From assembly GCA_963805975.1 (NCBI GenBank), contig CAWDVR010000003.1, forward strand, positions 887,255 through 951,254: a stretch of 64,000 bases of DNA. Direction: 5' to 3'. The notes below the pieces were generated by a model that was not told where the DNA came from, searched no databases, and saw only the letters and a list, made by a program, of their open reading frames with translations. The DNA comes from an uncultured Acidobacteriota bacterium (lineage in GTDB: Bacteria; Acidobacteriota; Thermoanaerobaculia; Multivoradales; SZUA-115). The translations under genes and the position numbers were made by a program. Shown here piece after piece: positions 1 through 10,513 of this stretch (positions are counted from its first letter, which is position 1; each line of letters starts with the position of its first letter).

Positions 1-654
1 GTTCTGGCTGTAATAGGGGCCCGGCATCTCGCAGCGCTCCGCAGGATCGGCGCCGTCGCCGGCGTCGTAGTACCACTGTTGGACTTTCTGACCACCGACC
101 GTCTGCTCGAAGCCTGAAGGCGTGCCGCGGTAGTTGTAGTCACCCACGTGGAGGACGAGGTCCGGCCGCCGGCCGGCGGCGGCCTGAGCGAGCGCCGGGA
201 AGGGCCACGCCGGATCGTCGAGGCCGCATCCTTCCTGGTTCTTGGGCTTGCATCCTGTGTCCCCCAGCACCGCCACCCGCCGCACTTCTCGCCGCGCCAC
301 CGGCAAAGCCGGCCCGCCGTCGTCCACTGTGAAGCGCCGATCGAACGGCACGACCGCCTCGCAGACGTCGACCTCGAAGCCATGGGGGTTGAGGCGCTTG
401 CGCATCGCGACGGCGCCGCCACCGCCGACCAGCTCGGGACAGCTCTGCCCGGAGGCCACGACCACCCGCGCGAAGGCCACCGGCTCGCCGCCGGGCGACT
501 CGCCCAGCAGCACGTAGAAAGCCAGCGACGACGGCGCGCCCTCCCTACCGAGAGCTGGTGCCAGCCCGGACGTGGCGCAGCCGGTGGCGGCGCAGCCGAC
601 GAGGGCCAGCAGCATCAGCTCTGGCAGCCCGAAGCGATGGCGAAGCGCAGTCAC
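1..654 (-). CDS. Calcineurin-like metallophosphoesterase, exported or lipoprotein-like (3' end runs off the window)
   Basis: Not in the ORF track. Manual translation from GTG at 654 gives an open frame with hydrophobic LLALVGC and the motifs VAVLGDTGC and PDLVLHVGDYNYRG. A TGGAG RBS-like sequence lies upstream. Confidence 0.75.
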   Translation of the reverse strand, partial: MTALRHRFGLPELMLLALVGCAATGCATSGLAPALGREGAPSSLAFYVLLGESPGGEPVAFARVVVASGQSCPELVGGGGAVAMRKRLNPHGFEVDVCEAVVPFDRRFTVDDGGPALPVARREVRRVAVLGDTGCKPKNQEGCGLDDPAWPFPALAQAAAGRRPDLVLHVGDYNYRGTPSGFEQTVGGQKVQQWYYDAGDGADPAERCEMPGPYYSQN

Positions 655-741
655 GATTCTGCGCTCCAGTCTACCAGGCCGGCGCGTCGGCGCACCCGCG
701 GCGGCGGTAAAGGCGCCCAGTGCCTGGAGCCTCTCAGGAGA

Positions 742-803
742 GACAAGTTGGCTTGACATAAGGGAAAGTGCACTGTACTCTCCGTGTGTCAAGCAAGCTT
801 GGC
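742..803 (+). promoter_or_regulatory. Sigma70-type promoter with two palindromic operator-like sites
   Basis: TTGACA (753-758), 17 bp, TACTCT (776-781). Near-palindromes GACAAG-N4-CTTGAC (742-757) and GTCAAG-N4-CTTGGC (788-803) lie upstream of the operon encoding an XRE regulator. Confidence 0.6.
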
Positions 804-826
804 CTAATGACAAGGAGATAAGACCT

Positions 827-1252
827 ATGAAATCGACTGAAGACTCTCTTCCCGGCCTCTGCGCCAGCCCCCAGCGCGATCGACGCAACCAGCAGCGTGT
901 CGCGCTGTGGGCCTCCGTCTGGGCCTTCTCCTTCCTCGCCGTCACGCTGGCGATCAGGAAACAGTGGCTGCCCTTCGAGGTGACCCTCGCGGGGGTGATC
1001 GGCCACTCGCTCCTCGGCATCGCGACCGTTCTGGCGTATCAGCGATTCCTGCACGAAACCGACGAGCTGCGGCGCAAGATCGAGGTGGAGGCGCTCGCCC
1101 TGGCGTTCGGGGTCGGTATGGTCGGAGGCCTGACCTACTGGCTCCTTGCGGTGAGCGGCGCCGTGCCCGTATGGGGATTCGCCTTCGTCTTCGCCGTGAT
1201 GCTCCTCAGTTACTCCTTCGGAGTCATGGCCGGCCGCCGGAGGTACGCGTGA
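827..1252 (+). CDS. Small multi-TM membrane protein coupled to the XRE regulator
   Basis: AAGGAG RBS before ATG 827; about 4 hydrophobic segments; DELRRKIEVEA motif; stop overlaps the next GTG. Confidence 0.75.
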   Translation: MKSTEDSLPGLCASPQRDRRNQQRVALWASVWAFSFLAVTLAIRKQWLPFEVTLAGVIGHSLLGIATVLAYQRFLHETDELRRKIEVEALALAFGVGMVGGLTYWLLAVSGAVPVWGFAFVFAVMLLSYSFGVMAGRRRYA

Positions 1253-1449
1253 AGAACCGGTTGAAGGTGCTGCGAGCCGAGCGCGACTGGACGCAGGCCG
1301 ACCTAGCCCATCGACTGGAGGTCTCGCGTCAGACGGTCAACGCCATCGAGAAGGGCAAATACGACCCCAGCCTGCCCCTGGCCTTTCGCATCTCACGAGT
1401 CTTCGCGACGCCGATCGAGGAGATCTTCGATCCCGAGGAGGCAAGATGA
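1249..1449 (+). CDS. Cro/C1-type (XRE) HTH transcriptional regulator
   Basis: MKNRLKVLRAERDWTQADLAHRLEVSRQTVNAIEKGKYDPSLPLAFRIS is a classic HTH_3 sequence; GTGA overlap with the upstream gene. Confidence 0.92.
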   Translation: MKNRLKVLRAERDWTQADLAHRLEVSRQTVNAIEKGKYDPSLPLAFRISRVFATPIEEIFDPEEAR

Positions 1450-1464
1450 ACCGACATGGGCGGT

Positions 1465-1854
1465 TCAGGCGAACCCGTCCCTCTCCAGCAGCTCGCGCAC
1501 CTCGGGGTGGGCTGCCAGGTAGCTGTCGGCCATGGCTCGGTGCTCCGCGTTGAGAGAGAGGGCAAACAGGCAGGCCTGGCGCGGGTCCTCGACCTGCTCG
1601 GGTCCGAGGCGCTCGATCACGGCGGTCAAGAAGCCCATGCTGGCGAGGCGCGCCGCGTCGCCCTCGAACTGGTCGGCGAAGGGCCGAGAGGCTTCCACCA
1701 GCAGATCGCTCTTCCGCGCCCAGGGGAGCAGGCGGATGCGCTCGGTGAACTCGTCCACCGTCCGCTGCATGTCGGAATTGAGCTTCTCGTAGAGCACTGT
1801 GCGCTGGATTGTAGGCGATGCCGGAAGCCACGTAGGGAGTGACGTTTCCCACAC
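1465..1854 (-). CDS. Hypothetical protein
   Basis: 129-aa ORF with natural composition filling the gap between + strand genes. Confidence 0.55.
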   Translation of the reverse strand: MWETSLPTWLPASPTIQRTVLYEKLNSDMQRTVDEFTERIRLLPWARKSDLLVEASRPFADQFEGDAARLASMGFLTAVIERLGPEQVEDPRQACLFALSLNAEHRAMADSYLAAHPEVRELLERDGFA

Positions 1855-1878
1855 CTGAGCTTCGCCAAAAGATGGGTA

Positions 1879-1907
1879 TTGACTTCTTGGTAGGCGCTAA
1901 CTAGCAT
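1879..1907 (+). promoter_or_regulatory. Putative sigma70 promoter
   Basis: TTGACT, 17 bp, TAGCAT in an AT-rich intergenic stretch; AAGGAG RBS before ATG 1950. Confidence 0.45.
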
Positions 1908-1949
1908 TCTTCTATTCGTCGTTACTTTACGAATCGTAAAGGAGATGCT

Positions 1950-2336
1950 ATGGAGCTGAAGCGCGTCGCGTGTCTTCTGTCGATGCTGGCCCTGGTCCTG
2001 CTGGCGGCCCCGGTGTTCGCCGAGCCCGCCCTGGAGGTCCCGGCCGCTCCCGCCCTGCAGGGCTCCCCGCCCCAGGAAGCTGCCCAGGTTTCGCTCGAAG
2101 CGCTCCTTGGCCTCGATCCGAAGCCGCTCTACGCCGCCGCCGGCGCGGGTGGCCGCGGCCGGACGCAGGGCGGCCTCAGCTTCTCGCCGGGCCGCAGCAG
2201 CGAAACCTGTGAGTGGTACTGGATCCAGTGCAGCAACGGCGCCTCCGACTCCTGCTGTGCGGACCTCTGGAACTGCTGGGACTACTGCGAGAGCTTCTGC
2301 GGAGGCCCTTGCGTGTACGTCCCGAACGAGACCTGA
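1950..2336 (+). CDS. Secreted cysteine-rich peptide precursor (signal + pro-region + 8-Cys domain)
   Basis: Strong RBS; signal peptide ending VFA; C-terminal C-x6-C-x7-CC-x5-C-x3-C-x3-C-x3-C. Confidence 0.75.
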   Translation: MELKRVACLLSMLALVLLAAPVFAEPALEVPAAPALQGSPPQEAAQVSLEALLGLDPKPLYAAAGAGGRGRTQGGLSFSPGRSSETCEWYWIQCSNGASDSCCADLWNCWDYCESFCGGPCVYVPNET

Positions 2337-2356
2337 GTTTCCCGCACAAAGCTCCC

Positions 2357-2392
2357 TTCGTCCTCGGCCTTCTCCCAGAGGCCGAGGACGAA
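2357..2392 (+). terminator. Perfect 14-bp stem-loop (possible terminator or mRNA-processing hairpin; no U-tract)
   Basis: TTCGTCCTCGGCCT, 8-nt loop, AGGCCGAGGACGAA, directly after the Cys-rich gene. Confidence 0.4.
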
Positions 2393-2542
2393 CCCGCACC
2401 GCCACTGTAACGATTCCTCCCCGGCTCCCGACCAACCTTTCCAGCCAACGACGAGTGGGCGGCGTGCCGCCGGCGGCGGCCCCGCGCGTCGAGCGCTCGT
2501 TCCCCAGCTCCTTGGGCGAACGTCACTAAAAGGGAGCCGACC

Positions 2543-4516
2543 ATGCCGACTGCCCCCACGTATCCCGGTGTCTACATCGAGGAGGTCCCCAGCGGGGTGC
2601 GGACCCTGGTCGGTGTCGCCACCTCGATCGGCGCATTCGTCGACTCGTTCCGGCGCGGGCCGGTCGACGAGGCGCTGCGCATCACGAGCTACGCCGACTT
2701 CGAGCGCGACTTCGGCGGCCTCGAAGCCACCAGCGAGGCGAGCTACGCCATCCAGCAGTTCTACTTGAACGGCGGCACCGAGGCGCACGTGGTGCGGGTG
2801 GGGACGGCACCGCTCGCCGTCGCGGAAGAGCTGCTGCTGCCGGGCGACGCTGCCGAGATGCGCGTTTTCGCCGGGCGTCGCATGCGGGGCGCGGCCGTCG
2901 AGGACCCCGGCACCTGGGGCAACTTCCTGCGCCTGGAGGTGGACTACGACACCGCCACCCTCCCCAACGCCGGCCTGGACCCGAACGGCACCCTCACCCA
3001 GGACGAGCTCTTCAACCTCACGATCTCGGAGGTCGAGCTCCGCGACGGCCGCACCTTCGTGCGCCAGAGCGAGACCTTCCGCAATCTGACGCTGCGCCCC
3101 GGCGCGCGCACCAACCTGCTGGCGGTGGTCAACGAGGGCTCGAAGCTGGTGCAGATCGCGCAGACGGGAGCGGGGCCGATCCCCGATCCGCCGCCGCGGC
3201 CCGAGGCCACCGGCACGCTCTCCGACGCGCTGGTCCAGCCAGCGTTCCTCCCCGCGGACGGGACCACGCTGACCTTCGACCTCGATCCGGGCGGTGGCGG
3301 CGCCGTGCTGGCGAACCAGGTGGCCACCGTGGACTTTGGCGGTGTCGCGCCGACCACCTACGTGGGCCTGCGGCCGTTCCTCGAAGCGGCGATCCGCGCC
3401 GTCGACCCGAACGACCCGCTGCTCTCGGGCGCCGTGGTGCAGCTCGCCGGCAACCGCTTCCGGGTGCTGCTGGGCCGGAGCGGGCGCGACTTCCACGCCG
3501 ACGCCACGATCACCTTCCAGGCCGGCGCCAACGAGGACGGGCTCCTGCTCTCGGCCGCCGCCACCGTCGGCCCGCAGCAGATCCCGCTCGGCGGCGGCGA
3601 TGACAGCGGCGCGCTCACCGACGCGGCGCTGCGGGGCGTGCGGGCGGCGAAGACCGGGCTCTTCGCGCTGGAAGATGCGGACCTCTTCAACATCCTCTGC
3701 GTGCCGGCGGCGGCCGAGCTCGCCGCCAACGACATGCGTGCCTTCTACACCGCCGCCACCGCCTACTGCGAGGAGCGGCGCTCGTTCCTCATCGTCGACA
3801 TCCCGCCGACCACCGACGACCTCGACGGCATGGAGACCTGGCTCACCGAGAACGCCACTCTCCGCCACCGGAACGCCGCCGTCTACTTCCCGCGCCCGCG
3901 GATCGCCGATCCCCTGCAGCAGAACCGGCTGCGCAGCGTGGGCGCGAGCGGCACCCTGGCCGGCCTCTACGCCGCCACCGACGCCTCGCGCGGCGTGTGG
4001 AAGGCACCGGCCGGCACCGAGGCGCGGCTGCGCGGCGTGCAGGACCTGGACGACGTGCTCACCGACCGCGAGAACGGCGTGCTCAACCCGCTGGGCGTCA
4101 ACTGCCTGCGCAACTTCCCGGTATTCGGCAACATCGCCTGGGGTGCGCGCACCCTCGACGGCGCCGACCAGCAGGCCTCGGAGTGGAAGTACATCCCGGT
4201 GCGCCGGCTGGCGCTCTACCTCGAAGAGAGCCTCTACCGCGGCACCAAGTGGGTGGTGTTCGAGCCCAACGACGAGCCGCTGTGGTCGCAGATCCGCCTC
4301 AACCTCGGGGCTTTCATGCAGGGCCTCTTCCGCCAGGGCGCCTTCCAGGGACGGAGCGCCCGCGAGGCCTACTTCGTCAAGTGCGACACCGAGACCACCA
4401 CCCAGGCCGACATCAACCTCGGCATCGTCAACGTCGTGGTGGGCTTCGCGCCGCTCAAGCCGGCGGAGTTCGTGATCCTGAAGATCCAGCAGATGGCGGG
4501 ACAGATCCCCACTTAA
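2543..4516 (+). CDS. Contractile tail sheath protein (Afp2/3/4-like)
   Basis: YPGVYIEEV N-terminus; RGVWKAPAG, WGARTL, WKYIPVRR, WVVFEPNDEPLW, GFAPLKPAEFV. Confidence 0.96.
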   Translation: MPTAPTYPGVYIEEVPSGVRTLVGVATSIGAFVDSFRRGPVDEALRITSYADFERDFGGLEATSEASYAIQQFYLNGGTEAHVVRVGTAPLAVAEELLLPGDAAEMRVFAGRRMRGAAVEDPGTWGNFLRLEVDYDTATLPNAGLDPNGTLTQDELFNLTISEVELRDGRTFVRQSETFRNLTLRPGARTNLLAVVNEGSKLVQIAQTGAGPIPDPPPRPEATGTLSDALVQPAFLPADGTTLTFDLDPGGGGAVLANQVATVDFGGVAPTTYVGLRPFLEAAIRAVDPNDPLLSGAVVQLAGNRFRVLLGRSGRDFHADATITFQAGANEDGLLLSAAATVGPQQIPLGGGDDSGALTDAALRGVRAAKTGLFALEDADLFNILCVPAAAELAANDMRAFYTAATAYCEERRSFLIVDIPPTTDDLDGMETWLTENATLRHRNAAVYFPRPRIADPLQQNRLRSVGASGTLAGLYAATDASRGVWKAPAGTEARLRGVQDLDDVLTDRENGVLNPLGVNCLRNFPVFGNIAWGARTLDGADQQASEWKYIPVRRLALYLEESLYRGTKWVVFEPNDEPLWSQIRLNLGAFMQGLFRQGAFQGRSAREAYFVKCDTETTTQADINLGIVNVVVGFAPLKPAEFVILKIQQMAGQIPT

Positions 4517-4529
4517 GGAGGCGAGCGCC

Positions 4530-5045
4530 ATGGCGCAGTTCACGGTCAACGCGACCCGATTCGATCCGTACAAGAACTTCAAGTTCCGCGTCAAGTGGGA
4601 TGGCCGCTACGTCGCCGGGATCAGCAAGGTCGGTGCGCTCAAGCGCTCGACCGAGGTGGTGGAGCACCGTGAGGGTGGCGACCCCTCGACCAGCCGCAAG
4701 TCGCCCGGCCGCACCAAGTACGAGGCGATCACCCTCGAGCGCGGCGTGACCCACGACCTCGAGTTCGAGAACTGGGCGAACAAGGTGTGGAACTTCGAGG
4801 GCGGGGCGGGCCTCGAGTCCTCGCTCGCCGACTTCCGCAAGGACGTCATCATCGACGTCTTCAACGAGGCGGGGCAGAAGGCGATCTCCTACAAGGTCTA
4901 CCGCTGCTGGGTGTCGGAGTTCCAGGCCCTGCCGGACCTCGACGCCAACGCCAACGCTGTCGCCATCCAGACGCTCAAGCTCGAGAACGAGGGTTGGGAG
5001 CGCGACGCGGACACTCCGGAGCCGGCGGAGCCGACCTTCCCCTAG
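4530..5045 (+). CDS. Tail tube protein (T4 gp19-like, Afp1/5)
   Basis: RFDPYKNFKFRV, HREGG, KSPGRTKYEAITLERG; follows the sheath with an AAGGAGG RBS. Confidence 0.95.
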   Translation: MAQFTVNATRFDPYKNFKFRVKWDGRYVAGISKVGALKRSTEVVEHREGGDPSTSRKSPGRTKYEAITLERGVTHDLEFENWANKVWNFEGGAGLESSLADFRKDVIIDVFNEAGQKAISYKVYRCWVSEFQALPDLDANANAVAIQTLKLENEGWERDADTPEPAEPTFP

Positions 5046-5048
5046 GGC

Positions 5049-5903
5049 ATGAGCGTCGAGGTCGCCCTACCCGGTGGGTTCGAGCACGGCGGAAGCTGGC
5101 GCCGGCGGGTGGCGCTGCGGCCTCTCTCGGGCCGGGACCAGGCGTTCCTGGCCGACGAGCTCGCCGGTGCCCGGCCGGCGGCCCGCACCACCGCGCTCCT
5201 CGGGCGCTGCGTGACGCTCGATCCGGGCCTGCCGCCGGCGGGCGCAGAGCTGGTGCGCGCGCTCACCATCGGGGACCGCGAGGCGCTGCTCTTGCACCTG
5301 CGCCGGGCGATGCTCGGCGAGCGCCTGTCGGCGGTCGCCACCTGCGCGGCCTGCGGCGAGAAGCTGGACCTGGACCTCGAGGTCGGGAGCCTGCTGCTGC
5401 CGCCCTATCCGCACGAGGGCGCCCTCCACCTGGCCGAGATCGAAGCGCAGGGCCGACGCTACCGCACGACCTTCCGGCTGCCCACGGGCGCCGACCAGGA
5501 ATGGGCGGCGCCGTTCGCCGCCGACCGAGGCGAAGGCTGCGGCCCAGGGCTGCTCGAGCGCTGTGTGCGCTCCGTGGAAGACGAGGCCGGCATTCTTCTC
5601 CCGGGCCTGCCGCCCGCCGTGGCAGAGGCGTTGCCGGAGCTCATGGCCGAGCTCGACCCGCAGGCGGAGATCGAGATCGGCGCCGCCTGCCCGGCCTGCG
5701 GTGTGGGCTCGAGCACGCTCTTCGACGCCGGCCAGTACGTGTGCCAGGAGCTTCTGGAGCAGGGCGACCGCCTGTGGCGCGAGGTCCACCTGCTCGCCTG
5801 GCACTATCACTGGAGCGAGCGCGAGATCCTGCGGCTCTCGGCCACCCAGCGCCGGCGCTACCTTCGCCTGTTGTCCGAGGCACTGGCGGGAGAAGCCGCG
5901 TGA
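5049..5903 (+). CDS. Tail/baseplate assembly chaperone-like protein with C-terminal DUF6760-like motif
   Basis: LTIGDREALLLHLRR, two CxxC pairs, FRLPTGADQ, and EVHLLAWHYHWSEREIL; position directly after the tube gene. Confidence 0.75.
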   Translation: MSVEVALPGGFEHGGSWRRRVALRPLSGRDQAFLADELAGARPAARTTALLGRCVTLDPGLPPAGAELVRALTIGDREALLLHLRRAMLGERLSAVATCAACGEKLDLDLEVGSLLLPPYPHEGALHLAEIEAQGRRYRTTFRLPTGADQEWAAPFAADRGEGCGPGLLERCVRSVEDEAGILLPGLPPAVAEALPELMAELDPQAEIEIGAACPACGVGSSTLFDAGQYVCQELLEQGDRLWREVHLLAWHYHWSEREILRLSATQRRRYLRLLSEALAGEAA

Positions 5904-6054
5904 GCCGCTTCCTGGAGAACCTCGTGCTCCGCGCCGCGGGCCTGCCGGCAGAGATCCGGCCGCGGGCGCTGCCGGAGGCGGCCGAGGCGGGGGAGGGGTG
6001 GAAGGGTTTGCACGAAACGGCTCGGCCCGAAACGGCTGGCACCTCGGAGCCGGG

Positions 6055-6455
6055 CGCCCCTCACCCTAGCCCTCTCCCCGCAAGCGGGGCGAGGGGACCG
6101 GAAAAGGCAAGCTCTCCGCCTTCTGTGGCTGGGCGGGGACGGGGTGAGGGCGGCCTGGAAGCCGCGTGCTTCCTCCTCCGCCCCTCACCCTAGCCCTCTC
6201 CCCGCAAGCGGGGCGAGGGGACCGGAGAAAAGGCAAGCTCTCCGCCTTCTGTGGCCGGGCGGAGACGCCCTCTCCCGCTCGCGGGGGAGGGCCGAGGTGA
6301 GGGTGGCCTGGAACCGCGTGCTTCCTCCGTCGCCCCTCACCCTAGCCCTCTCCCCGCAAGCGGGGCGAGGGGACCGGGAAAAGGCAAGCTCTCCGCCTTC
6401 TGTGGCTGGTCGGGGGCGCACTCTCCCGCTCGCGGGAGAGGGACGGGGTGAGGGG
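6055..6455. repeat. Three tandem units of BoxC-like palindromic repeat (family A)
   Basis: Units start at 6055, 6179 and 6331 with CGCCCCTCACCCTAGCCCTCTCCCCGCAAGCGGGGCGAGGGGACCGG..AAAAGGCAAGCTCTCCGCCTTCTGTGG, each followed by an inverted ...GGTGAGGG arm. Confidence 0.9.
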
Positions 6456-6490
6456 ATAGCTCACGAAACCGCGAGCCCACCGACTCGTCC

Positions 6491-6599
6491 CCCAGGTCCT
6501 TCGCTTCGCTCAGCACGACAGGTTCGAGCGCTGGAGCCTCCGGGGGCGGATGCGAAGACCGCCCGCCCTCGTCATCCTGAGCGCAGCGAAGGACCTGGG
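6491..6599. repeat. Inverted pair of family B palindromes (GTCATCCTGAGCG...GAAGGA type)
   Basis: CCCAGGTCCTTCGCTTCGCTCAGCACGAC ... GTCATCCTGAGCGCAGCGAAGGACCTGGG. Confidence 0.8.
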
Positions 6600-6858
6600 C
6601 GGGGGAGCGCCAACGAGCACACGCCGGCCCGCCTGCTGCCCGCACCCGCCCCACTTGTGGAGCTTTCTTCGCCGAAGGCCGCGGCGCCCGCACCACCGCG
6701 CATCGAGGTCCACATCGGCCGGGTGGAGCTCCGCGCACCACAGCCCGTGATCGAACCCGAGCCCGAGCCTGCTTTCTATCGTCCACCGCGCGGCTTCGAA
6801 GGCCTGGCCCTGGCGCGGCGTCACCTGGACCGGCGCTGGTACTAGCGAGGCTTGCGCT

Positions 6859-8094
6859 ATGGCCAACTTCATCGCCCTCGCCGGAGTGAGCCTCACGCTG
6901 CGGAACCTGCTCGAGGACCGCATGGAGCAGCCGGTGGACGTCACCATCGCGCCGCCGGACGTGCAGGTCTCGGGCTTCACCGAGCGCCGCGTGAACCTCT
7001 ACCTCTACCAGTTGGCCGAGAACCCGCACTTGAAGAACCAGGAGCTTCCGGGCCAGGGCCATGCCGGCACCCTCGGCCGGCCGCCGCTGTCGCTCGACCT
7101 CAACTATCTGGTGACCGCCTACGGAGCGAGCGAGACCGGTCCGCATGCGGACCTCGATGCGCAGCAGATCCTGGGCGACGTGATGCGCGCTTTCCACGAG
7201 TTCCCGCTGATCACCCCCGGTCTCCACCGCGGGGACCTGCCGGCCAACCCGCAGATCCTCGACGTGTCCCTCTTGGGCGAGCTCGAGCGCATCAAGATCA
7301 CCCTCCATCCCACCAGCGTCGACGAGCTGTCGAAGATCTGGACGGCGCTGCCGCAGGCGAGCTTCCGCCGCTCCGTGGCCTACAACGTGTCCGTGGTGCA
7401 GATCGACAGCCGCCGGCGCCGCGCCAGCGTGCTGCCGGTGCAGGAGCGCCGGGTCTACGCCTTCCCGATCGCCATGCCGCGCATCACCGAGGTGCGGCGC
7501 GATCCGGCGTTCCACGACGTCGAGGGAGGGATCACGGAGGTTGGGGACACGATCCTCGTCCTGGGTGAGAATTTGGGCGCAACGGGCACGCGGGTGCGCA
7601 TCGGCGAGGTGCTGGTGGCGGTGGCCGCGCCGCAGGCGACCCGCCTGGAGCTGATCGTGCCGGCCGGCCTGCCCGCCGGTGTGGCGCCGTTGCAGGTGGT
7701 GCAGGATCTGCTGCTCGCCGGCGCGCCCGGTGACCCGCCGGTACCGCACCGGGGAAGCGAGTCGAACACCGTGCCGCTCCTGGTGCTGCCGCGGCTCACC
7801 CTGCTCAACCCGGCGGCAGGCAGTGCGGGAGACTTGATCACCGCGACGGTCTCGCCGCCGGCCCTCGCCCGCCAGAGGAAGAGCCTGCTGCTCGGCCCGT
7901 TCGAGATCCCGGCGCTGCCGGTCGAGCAGGACGAGCCGCCCTCCGCCACGGTCCAGTTCCGGTTGCCCGCGGCAGCAGCGGCTCTGCCGGCCGGCAACTA
8001 TCTCGCCCGCGTGCGCATCGATGGTGCCGAGAGCCGCCTCGACTTCGACACCAACACCATGCAGTTCACCGGCCCGAGCTTCACGGTGATTTGA
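6859..8094 (+). CDS. DUF4255 / Pvc16-Afp16-like tail cap protein with C-terminal Ig-like (IPT/TIG) extension
   Basis: MANFIALAGVSLTLRNLL, VNLYLYQLAEN, PPLSLDLNYLVTAY, LSKIWTAL, SVAYNVSVVQI; beta-rich tail with GENL. Confidence 0.88.
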   Translation: MANFIALAGVSLTLRNLLEDRMEQPVDVTIAPPDVQVSGFTERRVNLYLYQLAENPHLKNQELPGQGHAGTLGRPPLSLDLNYLVTAYGASETGPHADLDAQQILGDVMRAFHEFPLITPGLHRGDLPANPQILDVSLLGELERIKITLHPTSVDELSKIWTALPQASFRRSVAYNVSVVQIDSRRRRASVLPVQERRVYAFPIAMPRITEVRRDPAFHDVEGGITEVGDTILVLGENLGATGTRVRIGEVLVAVAAPQATRLELIVPAGLPAGVAPLQVVQDLLLAGAPGDPPVPHRGSESNTVPLLVLPRLTLLNPAAGSAGDLITATVSPPALARQRKSLLLGPFEIPALPVEQDEPPSATVQFRLPAAAAALPAGNYLARVRIDGAESRLDFDTNTMQFTGPSFTVI

Positions 8095-8096
8095 CG

Positions 8097-10312
<2,216 letters not shown>

Positions 10313-10316
<4 letters not shown>

Positions 10317-10513
10317 GCACGCCCTTCGAGGACAGCCTCGCCGCGGCGCTCCGGGCGCGGTTCGGCGCCGGCGAGGCGCTGCGGCGCTTCGCCGACCTGC
10401 ACCTGGACCAGCTCACGGTCGACCTGCCGGCGGGCACCGACGCGGTGGATCACGGCGCGCTGGCGGACGCCATCGCCACCGCTCTCGACGACCTGCTGCG
10501 GGGTGAAGCATGA
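10313..10513 (+). CDS. Small eCIS hypothetical protein (66 aa)
   Basis: GTG overlaps the ATPase stop and its TGA overlaps the next ATG; LHLDQLTVD motif. Confidence 0.65.

Larger units (their letters stand above)
5900..6845 (+). pseudogene. eCIS Pro/Ala-rich protein interrupted by tandem palindromic repeats and small indels (real decay or assembly error)
   Basis: GTG 5900 overlaps the upstream stop (MSRFLENLVLRAAG). The C-terminus IEVHIGRVELRAP...LDRRWY is in another frame. The frame breaks fall inside the repeat units at 6055-6455. Confidence 0.6.

Noticed and set aside
148-756. + strand 202-aa ORF from the track
   Set aside because: It is the antisense shadow of the - strand metallophosphoesterase, which carries clear motifs.
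1950-2336. RiPP (ranthipeptide/sactipeptide) precursor
   Set aside because: It has a Sec-type signal peptide and no radical SAM or other maturase nearby; disulfides are more plausible.
6055-6455. Possible CRISPR array
   Set aside because: The intervening sequences are themselves repeated, periods are 124 and 152 bp, and there are no cas genes; this is a tandem palindromic repeat.
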